From NCBI RefSeq assembly GCF_006345805.1, contig NW_021828334.1, positions 1 to 8,776 of the forward strand: a DNA stretch of 8,776 nucleotides, given 5' to 3'. The stretch is from Octopus sinensis (taxonomy: Eukaryota). The position numbers and the translations under genes were made by a program. Shown in pieces: positions 7,545 through 8,776 of the stretch; within the stretch, counting starts at the first letter, position 1, and every line of letters begins with the position of its first letter. The notes beneath the pieces are model-generated. The model worked only from the letters and a program-made list of their open reading frames with translations. It had not been told where the DNA came from and ran no database searches.

Positions 7545-7789
7545 AGCTTCTTTTAATCTTTTACACTTTTACTTGTTTCAGTCATTTGACTGTGGTCACG
7601 CTGGAGCACCGCCTTTAGTCGAGCAAATCGATCCCAGGACTTATTCTTTGTAAGCCTTGTACTTATTCTATCAGTCCCTTTTGCCAAACTTCTAAGTTAC
7701 GGGGACGTAAACACACCAGCATCGGTTGTCAAGCGATGTTGGGGGGTCAAAACACAGACACACACACACACATACATGCATACATAACC

Positions 7790-7861
<72 letters not shown>

Positions 7862-8013
7862 TACGACGGAATTCTTTCATTTTCCGTCTACCAAATCCAT
7901 TCACAAGGCTTTGGTCAGCCTGAGGCTATAGTAGAAGACACTTGTCCAACATGATACGCAGTGGGACTGAACCCGGAAACATGTGGATCGTAAGCAAGCT
8001 ACTTACCACACAG
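7545..8013 (-). mobile_element. SINE family A, near full length with internal (TA)n/(TG)n tract (about 7752-7862)
   Basis: The 5' half 7862-8013 matches 1-159 and 872-1030 (B box ggttcagtccc). The putative 3' half ends ggcggtgctccagcgtgaccacagtcaaatgactgaaac followed by taaaag repeats. Joining the two halves into one element is inferred from adjacency and recall of the family. Confidence 0.8.
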
Positions 8014-8542
8014 TGCTTATATACATTTTATACTGACAAGTTTTACACTATATAAATATCTAATATACACTGTATATTAACCTTGTTATATAACACTGTA
8101 CTAACCTCATTATATATTATATAGACTTCTGGTTATACGCAATTTACTGACCTAATTTATTACTCCAGATACTGACATAGTAATACGCTGATTACATATT
8201 ATATAGTTAGTTTATATGCTGGCCTAGTTATGCAGCATATAGATATACATTAAATACATTCTAGATATACATAGATATACGTTAAATGCTGACCTAGAAT
8301 AGAGTGTTATAGTAAACTAGTTATTCACTCATTCTGACCTAGTTAGATAGTATATTTGACCTAACTACACATCAGTTATAGAGTTATTATTGTCTAAATC
8401 ATACAGTGTATACTGACACAGGTGTGCAGGATGTATTGTATATCCTGTTCTAGTTAATATAGTATATACAGAGCTAGATATACAAAATATATTAACTTGA
8501 CTACGCGTCATTTATTTACCAAGTTCTACATGATTTATTGAC
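8014..8542. repeat. Highly degenerate AT-rich minisatellite with actgacctagttata motif
   Basis: Recurrent tgaca/tgacct/ctagtta cores (e.g. 8148, 8290, 8335, 8357), related to 5975-6116 and about 6530-6670. Confidence 0.7.
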
Positions 8543-8595
8543 AGGCGTGGTTGTATGGTGAGAGGTGGTTTCCCGACCACACAGCCCTGCGTTCA
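8543..8595 (+). mobile_element. Degenerate SINE family A-like head fragment
   Basis: aggcgtggttgtatggtgagaggtggtttcccgaccacacagccctgcgttca resembles the family A head gagtggctgtgtggtaagaaacttgcttcccaaccaca...ccgggttca. Confidence 0.5.
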
Positions 8596-8597
8596 TT

Positions 8598-8688
8598 TAA
8601 TTATCCTTTTTATTACAAGCACAAGGCCTGAAATGTTGGTGTATTTGGGGAGGCTAGTCATTTACATCAACTACAGTACTCAGTTGGT
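8598..8688 (-). mobile_element. Probable 3' part of another SINE, interrupted at 8688
   Basis: Minus strand accaactgagtactgtagttgatgtaaatgactag...atttcaggccttgtgc resembles the gtac...ggggtcgat...cgacta module also seen in the family A 3' half (about 7616-7665). The call rests partly on recall of cephalopod SINEs. Confidence 0.5.
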
Positions 8689-8776
8689 GGAGGCGCAATG
8701 GCCTAGTGGTTAGGGCAGCGGACTCGCGGTCGTAGGATCGGGGTTTCGATTCCCAAACGGGCGTTGTGAGTGTTTA
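8689..8776 (+). mobile_element. tRNA-derived SINE head, runs off window end
   Basis: A box tggcctagtggtt (8699-8711), B box ggtttcgattcc (8742-8753), then gcgttgtg as in families B and D. Confidence 0.85.

Noticed and set aside
8689-8762. Genuine tRNA gene
   Set aside because: A/B boxes are present, but acceptor and anticodon stems do not pair properly and the sequence continues into SINE body. The same applies to the other heads.

Overview
Repeat-dense, AT-rich eukaryotic DNA (intronic or intergenic) with no supportable host protein-coding gene. The SINE families and abundant (TA)n/(CA)n tracts resemble a coleoid cephalopod genome such as Octopus; this is an inference from recall, not a database result. 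The window is a nested mosaic. It holds a 5'-truncated but uninterrupted RTE-clade LINE (1738-2562, minus), a decayed CR1/L2-group LINE 3' end (6899-7268, minus), and about ten copies or fragments of tRNA-derived SINEs with shared and swapped modules. It also holds two degenerate minisatellites and many microsatellites. The most notable signal is a set of short non-coding elements next to (TA)n that carry minimal type-I hammerhead-ribozyme-like motifs of the kind found in Penelope-like retroelements. The one at 2622-2672 (minus) has a nearly complete fold inside a 39-bp fold-back whose second arm starts at the predicted cleavage site. Most of the supplied ORFs are artefacts of microsatellites or SINEs.
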